DNA of 53,150 bases, from NCBI GenBank assembly GCA_937873525.1, contig CALMWJ010000134.1, positions 1 to 53,150 on the forward strand, read 5' to 3'. Numbering within the stretch: position 1 is the stretch's first letter; each line of letters opens with the position of its first letter. This document shows, piece by piece, positions 1 through 10,697 of the stretch. The notes below the pieces were generated by a model, which worked only from the letters and a program-made list of their open reading frames with translations, made no database searches and was not told where the DNA came from. Both the position numbers and the translations under genes were made by a program. The stretch comes from an uncultured Peptococcaceae bacterium (GTDB lineage Bacteria; Bacillota; Peptococcia; DRI-13; UBA5745).

Positions 1-54
1 CGTGAGGGCGGCCGGACCGTCGGTTCAGGCGTTGTCTCCGACATCATCGAGTAA
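1..54 (+). CDS. tuf: Elongation factor Tu, last 17 codons (5'-truncated by window edge)
   Basis: Frame 1 reads REGGRTVGSGVVSDIIE-stop, the conserved EF-Tu C-terminus. A hairpin terminator follows. Confidence 0.85.
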   Translation, partial: REGGRTVGSGVVSDIIE

Positions 55-126
55 TCCCTGACAAGGCATCGCGGTACCCGGAGGTGTGACGCAATCGAAT
101 ACCGCCTCTATCGACCTAGAGCCTTC

Positions 127-158
127 AAGACCGGCTGGATCCCAGCCGGTCTTCTTTG
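127..158 (+). terminator. Intrinsic terminator after tuf
   Basis: Perfect 12-bp stem AAGACCGGCTGG / CCAGCCGGTCTT with a 3-nt loop, followed by the T-rich CTTTGTCTG. Confidence 0.7.
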
Positions 159-194
159 TCTGATTGGATTGCATATCTGTATACAAGGATACCC

Positions 195-223
195 TTGATT
201 TTATCGTAAAGATTTAATAGAAT
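195..223 (+). promoter_or_regulatory. Sigma-A-type promoter for the TAXI-TRAP operon
   Basis: TTGATT, 17-nt spacer, TAGAAT, about 30 nt upstream of the ATG at 255. Confidence 0.5.
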
Positions 224-254
224 GAAACTGCTATAAAAGAGGGAGGCTGAAACG

Positions 255-1259
255 ATGAAGAAAATGAAACTGACCACCTTGCTGCTTTTGTTTGTTTTCA
301 CAGCGACACTCTTAATGGGATGCGGAAGCGGCGCGAATTCCGGCAGCACCGCCGCCGGCACCCAAACAGCCGCATCCGGCGACAGCGGCAACTACATCCT
401 TGCAACCGGCGGCACCTCCGGGACTTACTATTCCTTTGGCGGCGCCATGGCCCAAATCATCAATAAGGCGGCCGGCATCAACATCACGGCTCAGTCCACC
501 GGCGCATCCAAGGAGAACATCCGTCTGGTTTCTTCCAAGGAAGCAGAACTGGCGATTGTGCAGAATGACGTTTTGGACTATGCCAGCAAAGGTGTTGAGC
601 TTTTTGACGGCGAAAAAATCGAGAATGTCCTGACCATCGGCACGCTGTATCCCGAAGTGGTCCAGCTGGTTGTGGCTGCAGACAGCGAGATCCAGTCTGT
701 TGCGGACCTGAAGGGACACAAAGTGTCCGTGGGCGATGCCGGATCCGGTGTGGAAGCCAACGCCAAGCAGGTATTGGAAGCTTATGGACTGACCTTTGAC
801 GACATCGACGTCAGACGCCTTTCTTTCAAAGAGTCCGGCGATGCCTTCAGCAATAAACAGCTGGATGCCTTCTTTGTGACAGCCGGCGTTCCCAATACGG
901 CCATTGTGGAGCTCTCTGTGAAAAACCCTGTCCGTCTTCTGAACATCGACGGCGAACCGATGAAAGCCCTGCAGGCTAAATATCCTTTCTACACGGAAGC
1001 CACCATCCCCAAAGATGTTTACAAAACCACGGAAGATGTCAAGACCATCGCCATTCAGGCCACCTTGGTCTGCAGCGCTGAGCTGAGCGAAGATACCGTG
1101 TACAACATCACGAAAGCCATCTTTGAAAACCTCGGCGAGCTGGGAACCGCCCACGCCAAGGGCAAGGAAGTTTCCCTTGATAAGACCGTCCAGGGTGTTT
1201 CTGTGCCCTTCCATCCAGGCGCAGAGAAGTATTATCAAGAAAAGGGCGTCTTAAAGTAA
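255..1259 (+). CDS. TAXI-family TRAP transporter solute-binding lipoprotein
   Basis: Signal peptide with lipobox LLMGC. GGTSGTYYSFGG motif typical of TAXI receptors. GGGAGG RBS. Followed by DUF1850 and a fused TRAP permease. Confidence 0.85.
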   Translation: MKKMKLTTLLLLFVFTATLLMGCGSGANSGSTAAGTQTAASGDSGNYILATGGTSGTYYSFGGAMAQIINKAAGINITAQSTGASKENIRLVSSKEAELAIVQNDVLDYASKGVELFDGEKIENVLTIGTLYPEVVQLVVAADSEIQSVADLKGHKVSVGDAGSGVEANAKQVLEAYGLTFDDIDVRRLSFKESGDAFSNKQLDAFFVTAGVPNTAIVELSVKNPVRLLNIDGEPMKALQAKYPFYTEATIPKDVYKTTEDVKTIAIQATLVCSAELSEDTVYNITKAIFENLGELGTAHAKGKEVSLDKTVQGVSVPFHPGAEKYYQEKGVLK

Positions 1260-1262
1260 TCT

Positions 1263-1772
1263 GTGAAGATCCGGTCAAGGCGGGCAGGTCTTGGATGCTT
1301 GTCCGCCTTTTTTGCTTGCCTCCTTCTGGGGGGGCTCTGGCTCCTGAATCCTGTGACAGGCCACCGGGTGCGCATCACACTTGAGGATGGAACGGTGCTG
1401 TATGATGCACCGGCCGCCTGCGACACCATTGAAGTAAATTTCAGACACTCCGTCAATAAAGGCATGATCCGGGAAGTATATCAGTTGAACAATGAACAAT
1501 GCCAGTTGTCCCTAAAGACCGGCTATTTTGAGAATTACGGGGCGGGGATGCTGGACACGGTACCTGACCAGATCGGTTTCCGGGATGAGAACGGCTTCCT
1601 GGTCCTGGATTTCCCGCTTCAATTCAAGGACTCATGGACGTACCGCGCCGGTCCTGAAGCCGGGCATACGATTATTTACGGGAACGACGTGTTACCGATC
1701 TATCAGATGATCCCAATGAAATCTTTCAAAATATCGGTTGCTGCGAAGCATTTGCATGGACCGCCCTATTGA
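1263..1772 (+). CDS. DUF1850 domain protein (TAXI-TRAP accessory)
   Basis: 169-aa ORF with an N-terminal TM helix, GTG start 4 nt after the SBP stop. Its position between the TAXI SBP and the permease is typical of DUF1850. Confidence 0.65.
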   Translation: MKIRSRRAGLGCLSAFFACLLLGGLWLLNPVTGHRVRITLEDGTVLYDAPAACDTIEVNFRHSVNKGMIREVYQLNNEQCQLSLKTGYFENYGAGMLDTVPDQIGFRDENGFLVLDFPLQFKDSWTYRAGPEAGHTIIYGNDVLPIYQMIPMKSFKISVAAKHLHGPPY

Positions 1773-1799
1773 AAGTGATCGGGAAAGGAAGTATCAACC

Positions 1800-3782
1800 A
1801 TGACAAAAGAAAAAAAGAAGCCGAATAAGAACGACCATCTATTCGGTGAATTTGATCATATGCAGGATCAGCAGGACGAGATCCTGCGGAGTGTGGACCG
1901 GGAATCTGCGTTTCGGATTTTCCGGGGCCATTGGCATTATGTGATTACGGCGATCCTGATTTCCTTTTCACTTTTCCAGCTTTACACGGCGATTTTCGGG
2001 ACCTTGCCTGCCCAGCTTCAGCGCATGACCCACTTGGGATTTGTGATCCTGCTGGCATTCTGGCTTTATCCCGCGACAGACCGAGGCGACCGGCATACCA
2101 TTCCGGTTTTGGATCTGCTTCTGGGACTGGCCTTTGCGGGCATTGCGGCTTATTTTATCATCAACTACGAAGGGTTGATGAGCCGCTCAGGCGCTTATAC
2201 AACCCTGGACCTGATCATCGGCGCGGCGGGGATCCTGCTGGTGATTGAAGCCTGCCGCCGTGTGGTGGGCTGGCCGATCGTCATCATCGCGTCGTGCTTT
2301 ATCCTATATGCTTATTTCGGCGCCAGCATGCCGGGCTTCCTGATGCATCGCGGCTACTCGGTGCAGCGGATCATCTCCCACTTGTTCTACACGACGGAGG
2401 GCATCATCGGCATGCCCCTTGGCGTGTGCGCAACCTTTGTCTTTCTGTTTATCCTCTTCGGTTCATTTTTGGACAAAACAGGAATCGGCCAGTTCTTTAT
2501 TGATGTGGCCAATTCCCTGGCAGGATGGGCGGCCGGCGGGCCGGCCAAAGTGGCTGTCCTGACCAGCGCCCTGCAGGGGACCATCTCCGGATCTTCCGTT
2601 TCCAATACGGTTTCCACAGGATCCTTTACCATTCCGCTGATGAAATCGCTGGGATACAAACCTGAATTTGCCGGAGCGGTGGAAGCCTCCGCATCCACCG
2701 GCGGGCAGCTGATGCCGCCGATCATGGGCGCCGCTGCGTTTCTGATCGCAGAAGCCGTTGGTGTTCCCTACGGACAGGTGGCCAAAGCGGCGATCCTGCC
2801 TGCGCTCCTTTATTTTACGAGCATTTGGATCATGGTGGACCTGGAGGCCAAAAAGCTTGGGCTCAAGGGTTTGCCCAGAGAGCAATTGCCCAAGGCTGGG
2901 CCTTTGTTCATGGAGAAAGGCCATTTATTGCTGCCGCTGGTGGTGATCATCACGCTTCTGGTGATGGATTACACCCCGACCTTTGCGGCCATGGGCGGGA
3001 TCATCAGCACGGTGGTTGTGCCTTATCTTCGCAAAAGCACCCGCATCGCCCCGTCGGTCATCGCCACAGCCCTTGTGAACGGGGCCCGAAACATCATCGG
3101 GGTGGCCTGTGCCTGCTCTGTGGCGGGCATCATCGTGGGCGTGGTCACGCTGACCGGACTCGGCCTCAAGGTTGGGGAAGGCCTTGTTGGTCTCGCGGGC
3201 AATAACATGATGATCGCCCTCTTTTTTACGATGATTACTTCCTTGATTTTAGGAATGGGCGTCCCAACCACCGCAAACTACCTGATCACGTCAACCATCG
3301 CTGCGCCCATCGTGATGAAGCTTGGGGTTCCGGCGATCGCCGCCCATTTATTTGCCTTTTACTTCGGGATCCTGGCGGACATTACACCGCCTGTGGCTTT
3401 GGCCGCCTATGCAGGGTCGGCGATTGCCAAGAGCAACCCCTTCTTGACGGGGGTAACGGCAACGAAGCTGGTGCTTCCGGCCTTTCTGATTCCCTATATC
3501 ATGGTCTACAATCCTGCGCTGATCCTGGTGGATACCAACGGAATGCAGGTCATCCAGATCATTGTGACTTCACTGGTGGGTCTTTTCGGCATCAATGCCT
3601 GTACGGCGGGCTATCTCATGGGACCCTTGAAGCCCTGGCTGCGTATTCTGGCGATTGCTGGCGGGGTCATGCTGATCGATCCGACTTTTCTGACGGATGT
3701 GATCGGCGTCGCTTTGGTGGGATTCGTATTTTTCTTTCAGCGTCGGAAGAAAAAAACCGCGGATCGGGCGGCTGAAGTCTGA
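1800..3782 (+). CDS. TRAP transporter fused small/large permease
   Basis: 660-aa polytopic membrane protein resembling fused DctQ/DctM-type permeases of TAXI systems. Confidence 0.85.
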   Translation: MTKEKKKPNKNDHLFGEFDHMQDQQDEILRSVDRESAFRIFRGHWHYVITAILISFSLFQLYTAIFGTLPAQLQRMTHLGFVILLAFWLYPATDRGDRHTIPVLDLLLGLAFAGIAAYFIINYEGLMSRSGAYTTLDLIIGAAGILLVIEACRRVVGWPIVIIASCFILYAYFGASMPGFLMHRGYSVQRIISHLFYTTEGIIGMPLGVCATFVFLFILFGSFLDKTGIGQFFIDVANSLAGWAAGGPAKVAVLTSALQGTISGSSVSNTVSTGSFTIPLMKSLGYKPEFAGAVEASASTGGQLMPPIMGAAAFLIAEAVGVPYGQVAKAAILPALLYFTSIWIMVDLEAKKLGLKGLPREQLPKAGPLFMEKGHLLLPLVVIITLLVMDYTPTFAAMGGIISTVVVPYLRKSTRIAPSVIATALVNGARNIIGVACACSVAGIIVGVVTLTGLGLKVGEGLVGLAGNNMMIALFFTMITSLILGMGVPTTANYLITSTIAAPIVMKLGVPAIAAHLFAFYFGILADITPPVALAAYAGSAIAKSNPFLTGVTATKLVLPAFLIPYIMVYNPALILVDTNGMQVIQIIVTSLVGLFGINACTAGYLMGPLKPWLRILAIAGGVMLIDPTFLTDVIGVALVGFVFFFQRRKKKTADRAAEV

Positions 3783-3923
3783 TGATCGGCAATAAGTCCC
3801 GATCAGAGGGCAGAATAAGCCGGTTCGGGACTTGGACCGGAAGCTCGAAGACTGGTAAAAAACAGGGTGTTAAGATCCATAAATCATTTGTCGAAAATAT
3901 TTTACAGCGCAAGGCTAAACCCC

Positions 3924-3952
3924 TTGCGCTGTTATGCTTTTGCTGGTATAAT
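3924..3952 (+). promoter_or_regulatory. Sigma-A promoter of the S10 operon
   Basis: TTGCGC, 17 nt, TATAAT with a TG extended -10 (TGGTATAAT), about 165 nt upstream of rpsJ. Confidence 0.55.
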
Positions 3953-4117
3953 CCTAGGGTATGGCTACATGCGAGGAAGCGGAAGGTTGCCGGATAGCCA
4001 TGATACGCCGGAGAGCGTTGCTCATAAAACGAGCGATAAATGGTGATAAGCCGGGGAATTTCCGCAGAGTATGTCCGAAAAATAATAAGTCGGGCGAAAA
4101 GGAGGAAACAAAACATT

Positions 4118-4429
4118 ATGGCCAAACAACAAAAAATCAGAATCCGTCTGAAAGCTTACGATCACAAGATCCTGGATGCATCGGCGGAGAAAATCGTGGA
4201 CACTGCCAAGCGCACGGGTGCCAGCGTGGCGGGACCGGTTCCCCTTCCTACGGAACGGAACCTGTACACCATCCTGAGATCACCCCATGTCAACAAGGAT
4301 TCCCGGGAGCAGTTCGAGATGAGAACTCATAAGCGTCTGATTGACATCATCGATCCCACGCCGAAGACAGTCGATTCCCTGATGAGTCTTGACCTGCCGG
4401 CAGGCGTCGATATCGAAATCAAGCTTTAG
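4118..4429 (+). CDS. rpsJ: 30S ribosomal protein S10
   Basis: [20 protein letters not shown]... is canonical S10. ATG 4118 follows a GGAGGA RBS. The ORF-track start at 4040 is an in-frame upstream extension. Confidence 0.95.
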   Translation: MAKQQKIRIRLKAYDHKILDASAEKIVDTAKRTGASVAGPVPLPTERNLYTILRSPHVNKDSREQFEMRTHKRLIDIIDPTPKTVDSLMSLDLPAGVDIEIKL

Positions 4430-4442
4430 GAGGTAGGTCAAA

Positions 4443-5069
4443 GTGAAAAAAGGCATTTTAGGAACAAAAATTGGAATGCTCCAGATTTTCGATGAAACTG
4501 GACGGGTCGTGCCTGTGACGGTCATCCAGGCCGGGCCTTGCGTGGTCACTCAGAAGAAGACCGCGGATAATGACGGCTATGAAGCCATTCAGATTGGCTA
4601 TGCAGCTGCCAAAGAATCTCACATGACCAAGCCCTTGAAAGGGCATTTCGCCAAACAGGGCGTCCCCGCCATGCGGCATCTTAAAGAATTTCGCCTGGAC
4701 GATGTTTCCGCCTATGAACTGGGCCAGGAAATCAAAGCCGATGTGTTTGAAGCCGGCGAGCTGGTGGATGTGACCGCGGTTTCCAAAGGCAAAGGCTTCC
4801 AAGGCTCCATTAAGAGAAACGGTTACAGCAGAGGACCTATGGCCCATGGCTCCAAGTACCATCGCAAAAGCGGCTCGTTGGGTGCGAAGGGTCCGGCTCG
4901 TGTATTCCTGGGACGCAAAGGGCCTGGCCGCATGGGCGGCAATCAGGTCACCGTGCAGGGTCTCAAAGTCGTGAAGATCGATACCGAGAAAAACCTGATT
5001 CTTGTTCGCGGCGCAGTACCCGGCGCGAAGAAGAGCATCATTACGATTCGGGATTCTGTCAAAGCGTAA
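4443..5069 (+). CDS. rplC: 50S ribosomal protein L3
   Basis: [12 protein letters not shown]... is L3. GTG start after a GGAGG RBS. Confidence 0.95.
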   Translation: MKKGILGTKIGMLQIFDETGRVVPVTVIQAGPCVVTQKKTADNDGYEAIQIGYAAAKESHMTKPLKGHFAKQGVPAMRHLKEFRLDDVSAYELGQEIKADVFEAGELVDVTAVSKGKGFQGSIKRNGYSRGPMAHGSKYHRKSGSLGAKGPARVFLGRKGPGRMGGNQVTVQGLKVVKIDTEKNLILVRGAVPGAKKSIITIRDSVKA

Positions 5070-5110
5070 GCTTTGGGAGAGACCGAAAGCATGCTAAGGA
5101 GGAAAGTTGA

Positions 5111-5734
5111 ATGTCTAAAGTTGCCCTTTATAATGTAGAAGGCAAGCAAGTGGGCGAATTCGAATTGAACGATTCCGTTTTCGGCATCGAACCCAACGAA
5201 TCCGTTGTTCACGAAGCGGTTGTCATGCAATTGGCCAGCCTGCGCCGGGGAACCGTGGGGGTTAAAAACCGCGCGCTCGTCAGCGGCGGCGGCAGAAAGC
5301 CTTTCAAACAGAAAGGCACAGGCAGAGCCCGTGCCGGCAGCACCCGTTCTCCTCTGTGGAGACACGGCGGCGTGGTCTTCGGCCCCCAGGCCAGAAGCTA
5401 TGCCTACACCATTCCCCGCAAAAAACGCCGCCTGGCGTTGAAATCCGTCCTTTCCGACAAATTGGCCAACGGCAATCTGATCGTGGTGGACGAATTGAAG
5501 CTGGAGAGCCCCAAAACCAAAGAGATGGTCCGGATCCTGAACAATCTGGGCGTTGAAAGAAAAGCCTTGGTCGTGACCGAATGCATCGACGCAAGACGGT
5601 CCGCCCGCAACATCGAAGGCATTATGCCGATGATGGCGGACGGCATCAATGTGTACGACGTCTTGAATCATGACAAAATGATCGTGACACAGGCTGCAGT
5701 ACGCGCAATCGAGGAGGTGCTGGCGGATGCGTAA
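5111..5734 (+). CDS. rplD: 50S ribosomal protein L4
   Basis: 207-aa L4-like sequence in S10-operon order. Confidence 0.95.
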   Translation: MSKVALYNVEGKQVGEFELNDSVFGIEPNESVVHEAVVMQLASLRRGTVGVKNRALVSGGGRKPFKQKGTGRARAGSTRSPLWRHGGVVFGPQARSYAYTIPRKKRRLALKSVLSDKLANGNLIVVDELKLESPKTKEMVRILNNLGVERKALVVTECIDARRSARNIEGIMPMMADGINVYDVLNHDKMIVTQAAVRAIEEVLADA

Positions 5735-6011
5735 TCCATATGATGTGCTGGTAAAGCCGATCGTGACCGAAAAAACCTCCGCTTTGATGGCTGAAAACAA
5801 ATACACGTTCAAGGTTGACAAAACAGCCAACAAAATCGAGATCAAGCATGCGGTCGAATCGATTTTCAAAGTCGACGTGACGGATGTCAAAACCATGAAT
5901 ATGCCAGGTAAACTGAAGCGGCAAGGCAAGACCTCGGGGATGACCTCCGAATGGAAAAAAGCCATCGTGACGCTGAAGGAAGGACAACGGCTGCCGTTGT
6001 TCGAGGAATAA
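5727..6011 (+). CDS. rplW: 50S ribosomal protein L23
   Basis: [16 protein letters not shown]... is L23. Overlaps the rplD stop by 8 nt. Confidence 0.95.
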   Translation: MRNPYDVLVKPIVTEKTSALMAENKYTFKVDKTANKIEIKHAVESIFKVDVTDVKTMNMPGKLKRQGKTSGMTSEWKKAIVTLKEGQRLPLFEE

Positions 6012-6042
6012 GCAGAACAAACCGTAAGGAGGCAAGAGTAAA

Positions 6043-6876
6043 ATGGCTGTAAAAAGCTTTAGACCCATTACCCCGTCGCGTCGGCATATGACGGTTGCCA
6101 CGTTCGACGAAATTACAACCGACAAGCCCGAGCGCTCCCTGATTGAGCCTCTGAAAAAACGTGCCGGCCGCAACAACCAAGGTAAGCTCACCGTTCGCCA
6201 TCAGGGCGGCGGCCACAAGAGAATGTACCGGCTCATCGATTTCAAACGCAACAAGGACGGTGTGCCCGCAAAGGTTGCCACCATCGAATACGATCCGAAT
6301 CGCACCGCCTACATCGCGCTGCTCCATTATGTCGATGGCGAAAAACGCTACATCCTGGCACCCATCGGCTTAAAAGTCGGCGACAGCATCGTGTCCGGCG
6401 AACAGGCGGACATCAAAATCGGCAATGCGCTGCCCTTGGCCAACATTCCGGTCGGCACCATTGTCCACAATATCGAACTGAAACCTAAAAAAGGCGGCCA
6501 GATCGTCCGGACCGCCGGCTCCTCAGCCCAGCTGATGGCCAAGGAAAAGGATTACGCATCCCTGCGTCTGCCCTCCGGTGAAGTTCGCATGGTGCACATC
6601 ACCTGCAAAGCCACCATCGGCCAGGTCAGCAATCCTGAAAACGAAATCATCAACATCGGTAAAGCCGGACGTTCCCGCTGGATGAACATCCGCCCCGCCA
6701 ACCGCGGCGTCGTGATGAATCCCTGCGACCATCCTCACGGCGGCGGCGAAGGCCGTTCCCCCGTCGGCCGCAAGAGACCGGTTACGCCCTGGGGCAAATC
6801 CGCCATCGGCGGCAACACCCGCAAGAAAAAGAACCCCAGCAACAAATATATTGTTACTTCACGTAAAAAGAAATAA
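6043..6876 (+). CDS. rplB: 50S ribosomal protein L2
   Basis: [14 protein letters not shown]... with the HPHGGGEG motif. Confidence 0.97.
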   Translation: MAVKSFRPITPSRRHMTVATFDEITTDKPERSLIEPLKKRAGRNNQGKLTVRHQGGGHKRMYRLIDFKRNKDGVPAKVATIEYDPNRTAYIALLHYVDGEKRYILAPIGLKVGDSIVSGEQADIKIGNALPLANIPVGTIVHNIELKPKKGGQIVRTAGSSAQLMAKEKDYASLRLPSGEVRMVHITCKATIGQVSNPENEIINIGKAGRSRWMNIRPANRGVVMNPCDHPHGGGEGRSPVGRKRPVTPWGKSAIGGNTRKKKNPSNKYIVTSRKKK

Positions 6877-6901
6877 CAGCTAACTGAAAGGAGGCGCCTC
6901 C

Positions 6902-7180
6902 ATGGGTAGATCTCTGAAAAAGGGCCCCTATGTTGAAGAAAGCCTGATCAAACGCATCAAGCAAATGAACGATGTCAATGAGAAGCGGGTCGTTAAAACC
7001 TGGTCTCGCCGTTCTACCATATTCCCTCAAATGGTGGGACACACCATTGCAGTCTATGACGGACGGAAGCACATTCCCGTCTACGTGACCGAAGATATGG
7101 TCGGTCACAAACTGGGTGAGTTTGCTCCCACCCGGACTTTCAAAGGTCATGCTGGCAGCAAGTCCAGCGGCTCGAAATAA
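6902..7180 (+). CDS. rpsS: 30S ribosomal protein S19
   Basis: [11 protein letters not shown]... is S19. Confidence 0.97.
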   Translation: MGRSLKKGPYVEESLIKRIKQMNDVNEKRVVKTWSRRSTIFPQMVGHTIAVYDGRKHIPVYVTEDMVGHKLGEFAPTRTFKGHAGSKSSGSK

Positions 7181-7200
7181 CAGGGAGAGGAGGAAATAAT

Positions 7201-7539
7201 ATGTCTAAAGATGCCAAAGCCATCGCACGGCATGTACGTATCTCTCCCAGAAAGGCCCGCGCGGTCATTGATTTGATTCGGGGCAAGGACCTGAGAGAGG
7301 CGGAAGCCATCTTGAAATTCACAGTCCACAAGGGGACTGAATCCATCGGCAAAGTTCTGCAGTCCGCAGCTGCCAATGCAGAACACAATTTTGAAATGAA
7401 TCGCGACGCCCTCTTTGTGAAAGAGGCCTATGTGGACGGCGGTCCCGTGATGAAGCGGGTCATGCCCCGGGCTATGGGCCGGGCCGACATCATTAAGAAG
7501 CGGACCAGCCACATCACCATCGTCGTCAGCGAGAAATAA
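7201..7539 (+). CDS. rplV: 50S ribosomal protein L22
   Basis: 112-aa L22-like sequence ([16 protein letters not shown]). Confidence 0.95.
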   Translation: MSKDAKAIARHVRISPRKARAVIDLIRGKDLREAEAILKFTVHKGTESIGKVLQSAAANAEHNFEMNRDALFVKEAYVDGGPVMKRVMPRAMGRADIIKKRTSHITIVVSEK

Positions 7540-7553
7540 GGAGGGAATAACGA

Positions 7554-8225
7554 GTGGGCCAGAAAGTACATCCCAATGGATTACGGGTCGGTATCATCCG
7601 CAACTGGCAAAGCAACTGGTATGCGGATAAAAAGAATTATTCCGACTTTCTTTTAGAAGACGTCAAAGTACGTGATTACGTAAAAAATAAACTATTCCAG
7701 GCTGGCGTTTCCACCATCGGAATCGAACGGTCCGCCAACCGGATCAAGGTCACCATCAGCACCGCGAAGCCGGGCATCGTGATCGGCCGGGGCGGCACGG
7801 AAATCGAAATACTCCGCAAAGAACTGGAAAAAATGACCGGCAAAAAAGTCAACATCAACATCAGTGAGATCAGAAAGCCTGAACTGGAAGCCCAATTGGT
7901 GGCTGAAGGCATCGCGGCCCAGCTGGTGAAGCGTATCGCTTTCCGCCGCGCCATGAAGCAATCCGTCAACAGGACCATGCGTCTGGGAGCCCAGGGTGTG
8001 AAGATCTCTTGCGCCGGACGTCTCGGCGGTGCCGAAATCGCCCGGACCGAATGGTACAGCGAAGGCAAAGTGCCCCTGCACACCTTGAGAGCTGATGTGG
8101 ATTATGGTTTTGCTGAAGCCAACACGACCTACGGCAAAATCGGCGTCAAAGTCTGGATCTACAAAGGGGAGATTCTTCCCGAGGCAAAAGTCCGGAAGGA
8201 GGCTGCGGTCGATGCTAATTCCTAA
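7554..8225 (+). CDS. rpsC: 30S ribosomal protein S3
   Basis: [14 protein letters not shown]... is S3. GTG start. Confidence 0.97.
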   Translation: MGQKVHPNGLRVGIIRNWQSNWYADKKNYSDFLLEDVKVRDYVKNKLFQAGVSTIGIERSANRIKVTISTAKPGIVIGRGGTEIEILRKELEKMTGKKVNINISEIRKPELEAQLVAEGIAAQLVKRIAFRRAMKQSVNRTMRLGAQGVKISCAGRLGGAEIARTEWYSEGKVPLHTLRADVDYGFAEANTTYGKIGVKVWIYKGEILPEAKVRKEAAVDANS

Positions 8226-8652
8226 GAGAGTCAAATGGCGCCGGCCTCATCGCGGCGGCGTGATCCGGGGCAGAGCCTTAAGAGGCAATAAAGTCACAAA
8301 CGGCGAATTTGGTCTTCAGACTCTGGAAGCCGGCTGGATCACCAACCGCCAGATCGAAGCAGCCCGTATCGCCATGACCCGTTACATCAAGCGCGGCGGC
8401 CAGGTGTGGATCAAAATCTTCCCTGACAAACCGATCACCGCGAAACCCGCCGAAACCCGTATGGGCAGCGGTAAAGGTTCACCTGAGTACTGGGTCGCCG
8501 TTGTCAAACCGGGCCGCGTCCTGTTCGAAATCTCCGGCGTTGCCGAAGAACAGGCCAGAGAAGCAATGCGTCTCGCAGCGCACAAACTGCCTGTCAAGAC
8601 AAAATTCGTAAAGCATGAATCAGAAATGGGTGGTGAAGCAGGTGAAAGCTAA
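8212..8652 (+). CDS. rplP: 50S ribosomal protein L16
   Basis: [15 protein letters not shown]... is L16. ATG 8212 is internal to ORF-track ORF 8095..8652 and overlaps the rpsC end. Confidence 0.93.
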   Translation: MLIPKRVKWRRPHRGGVIRGRALRGNKVTNGEFGLQTLEAGWITNRQIEAARIAMTRYIKRGGQVWIKIFPDKPITAKPAETRMGSGKGSPEYWVAVVKPGRVLFEISGVAEEQAREAMRLAAHKLPVKTKFVKHESEMGGEAGES

Positions 8653-8839
8653 TACTTATCGCGATTTGACTCCCAGTGAGCTCAATCAAAAAGTGACCGA
8701 GTTAAAAGAAGAACTTTTCAACCTGCGGTTCCAGCTTGCCACCGGACAATTGGAAAATCCCATGCGTCTTCGGGAAGTCCGTAAAAACATTGCCCGGACC
8801 AAAACCATTCTCCGGGAAAAGGAACTGCAAGGCAAATAG
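8642..8839 (+). CDS. rpmC: 50S ribosomal protein L29
   Basis: From GTG 8642 the product reads (M)[17 protein letters not shown]...[15 protein letters not shown], colinear with L29. The ATG at 8615 is a less likely alternative. Confidence 0.85.
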   Translation: MKANTYRDLTPSELNQKVTELKEELFNLRFQLATGQLENPMRLREVRKNIARTKTILREKELQGK

Positions 8840-8869
8840 CATCTGTAATATATAAAGGAGGAAATTGTC

Positions 8870-9136
8870 TTGGAAAAGAGCAATCGCAAGACGATGACGG
8901 GCATCGTTGTCAGTGACAAGATGGACAAAACGATTGTCGTATCTGTTGCCACCGCCACGAAACACGGCACTTATGGCAAAACCATCAAAGTTACGAAAAA
9001 GTATAAAGCGCATGACGAAAAGAACGCATGCGGCGTTGGCGACAAAGTCATGATTGAAGAAAGCCGTCCCCTAAGCAAAGAAAAACGTTGGGCCGTGGCG
9101 GAGATCATCCAAAAAGCCCCCGGCGTCCAAGCATAA
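8870..9136 (+). CDS. rpsQ: 30S ribosomal protein S17
   Basis: [19 protein letters not shown]... is S17. TTG start after an AAGGAGG RBS. Confidence 0.93.
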   Translation: MEKSNRKTMTGIVVSDKMDKTIVVSVATATKHGTYGKTIKVTKKYKAHDEKNACGVGDKVMIEESRPLSKEKRWAVAEIIQKAPGVQA

Positions 9137-9160
9137 CATCTCTGAAAGGAGGTCTCCTCG

Positions 9161-9529
9161 ATGATTCAACAAGAAACCAGATTAAGAGTCGCGGATAACA
9201 CCGGCGCTAAAGAGTTGCTGTGCATCCGGGCTGTGGGCGGTTCCTACCGTCGTTATGCCGCCATCGGAGATGTGATCATGGCGTCCGTGAAAGAAGCTTC
9301 TCCCGGCGGAACCGTTAAAAAGGGCGATGTTGTTAAGGCTGTTGTGGTCAGAACGAAAAGCGCGGTTCGACGTGCCGACGGATCCTACATCCGTTTCGAC
9401 GAAAACGCAGCGGTGATCATTAAAGATGACAAGAGCCCCAGAGGCACACGTATTTTTGGACCCGTTGCCCGCGAACTGCGTGAACACGACTTTACAAAAA
9501 TCCTTTCTTTAGCACCGGAAGTGCTGTAA
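9161..9529 (+). CDS. rplN: 50S ribosomal protein L14
   Basis: [18 protein letters not shown]... is L14. Confidence 0.97.
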   Translation: MIQQETRLRVADNTGAKELLCIRAVGGSYRRYAAIGDVIMASVKEASPGGTVKKGDVVKAVVVRTKSAVRRADGSYIRFDENAAVIIKDDKSPRGTRIFGPVARELREHDFTKILSLAPEVL

Positions 9530-9564
9530 GAAGAGCCTGATACAAACGTCCGGAGGTGAAATAG

Positions 9565-9891
9565 ATGAAAATCCATGTCAAAAAGGGTGATATGGTCCAG
9601 GTTATCAGCGGCAAAGATGCGGCTGCCAAGAAAAAAGGCAAGATCCTGAACGTTGATGCTGCCAAAGGCCGGGTCATCGTGGAAGGCGTCAATATGATCA
9701 AAAAGCATACGAAGCCGACTCAGGCCAGACCTCAAGGTGGTATCGTTGAGAAAGAAGCATATATTGCAAGCTCCAACGTGATGCTCTACTGCAGCAAGTG
9801 CAAAGCGCCCGTTCGGGTCAGCAAGAAGATTCAGACCGATGGTACAAAAATCCGCGTTTGCGCAAAATGCGGCGAAGAATTTGATAAATAA
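9565..9891 (+). CDS. rplX: 50S ribosomal protein L24
   Basis: MKIHVKKGDMVQVISGKD... is a KOW-domain L24. Confidence 0.95.
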   Translation: MKIHVKKGDMVQVISGKDAAAKKKGKILNVDAAKGRVIVEGVNMIKKHTKPTQARPQGGIVEKEAYIASSNVMLYCSKCKAPVRVSKKIQTDGTKIRVCAKCGEEFDK

Positions 9892-9916
9892 TTGACCGGA
9901 AGGGAGGTCATATCTG

Positions 9917-10459
9917 GTGGTTCGTTTGAAGGACAAATACTTAAATGAAGTTGTTCCTGCGATGCAGCAGAAATTCAACTATAAAAACGTGATGGAAATT
10001 CCCAAGCTGGTTAAAGTTGTCGTCAATATCGGCATGGGGGAAGCGACTCAGAATCCGAAGGCAATGGATGGTGCCGTGGCAGACTTAACCATGATCACCG
10101 GCCAGAAGCCCATCATCACGAAGGCTAAGAAATCCGTGGCCGCATTCAAAGTGCGCGCCGGGATGCCCATAGGGGTTAAGGTGACACTCAGATCCACCCG
10201 GATGTATGAGTTTACCGATAAGCTGTTCAACGTGGCCCTGCCTCGTGTCCGCGACTTCCGCGGCGTATCCGGCAAAGCTTTTGACGGACGCGGCAACTAT
10301 ACTTTGGGTATCAAGGAACAGCTGATGTTCCCGGAAATCGAATACGACAAAATTGATAAGCTTCGTGGTATGGACATTGTCTTTGTTACAACAGCCAAAT
10401 CCGACGAAGAAGCCAAAGCGCTGCTCACTCTGATGGGCATGCCTTTTACGGATCGTTAA
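9917..10459 (+). CDS. rplE: 50S ribosomal protein L5
   Basis: [14 protein letters not shown]... is L5. GTG start. Confidence 0.95.
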   Translation: MVRLKDKYLNEVVPAMQQKFNYKNVMEIPKLVKVVVNIGMGEATQNPKAMDGAVADLTMITGQKPIITKAKKSVAAFKVRAGMPIGVKVTLRSTRMYEFTDKLFNVALPRVRDFRGVSGKAFDGRGNYTLGIKEQLMFPEIEYDKIDKLRGMDIVFVTTAKSDEEAKALLTLMGMPFTDR

Positions 10460-10476
10460 GTTAAGGAGGGAACATC

Positions 10477-10662
10477 GTGGCCAAAACATCCCTGATTTGT
10501 AAACAACAACGTGCACCTAAGTTTCAGGTGCGGGCCTATAACCGCTGCAAGATCTGCGGTCGTCCCCATGCTTATATGCGGAAATTCGGTATCTGCCGTA
10601 TCTGTTTCCGTGAGCTGGCATACGAAGGCCAAATTCCTGGTGTCACCAAGGCCAGCTGGTAA
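10477..10662 (+). CDS. rpsN: 30S ribosomal protein S14 type Z (zinc form)
   Basis: 61 aa with CKICGRPH...CRICFRE. GTG start. Confidence 0.93.
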   Translation: MAKTSLICKQQRAPKFQVRAYNRCKICGRPHAYMRKFGICRICFRELAYEGQIPGVTKASW

Positions 10663-10697
10663 GCAAAAGCATTATTGGAAGGGGGTACTTTTGAAAC

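Noticed and set aside
312-1238. A 308-aa minus-strand ORF antisense to the TAXI receptor gene. Many similar long antisense ORFs occur, for example 4943..5965, 14616..15440, 22173..23576, 29562..30980, 33209..34660, 39210..40649, 43098..44048, 47376..48338 and 49740..51317.
   Set aside because: All lie opposite clearly homologous, well-supported genes. Their products are Gly/Arg/His/Ala-rich and low-complexity, as expected for antisense frames in GC-rich coding DNA, and they lack RBSs.
3782-4332. ORFs 3782..3997 and 3961..4332 in and around the S10 leader.
   Set aside because: Their products are basic and low-complexity, and they have no RBS. The second runs out of frame through rpsJ. The region is better explained as promoter plus leader.
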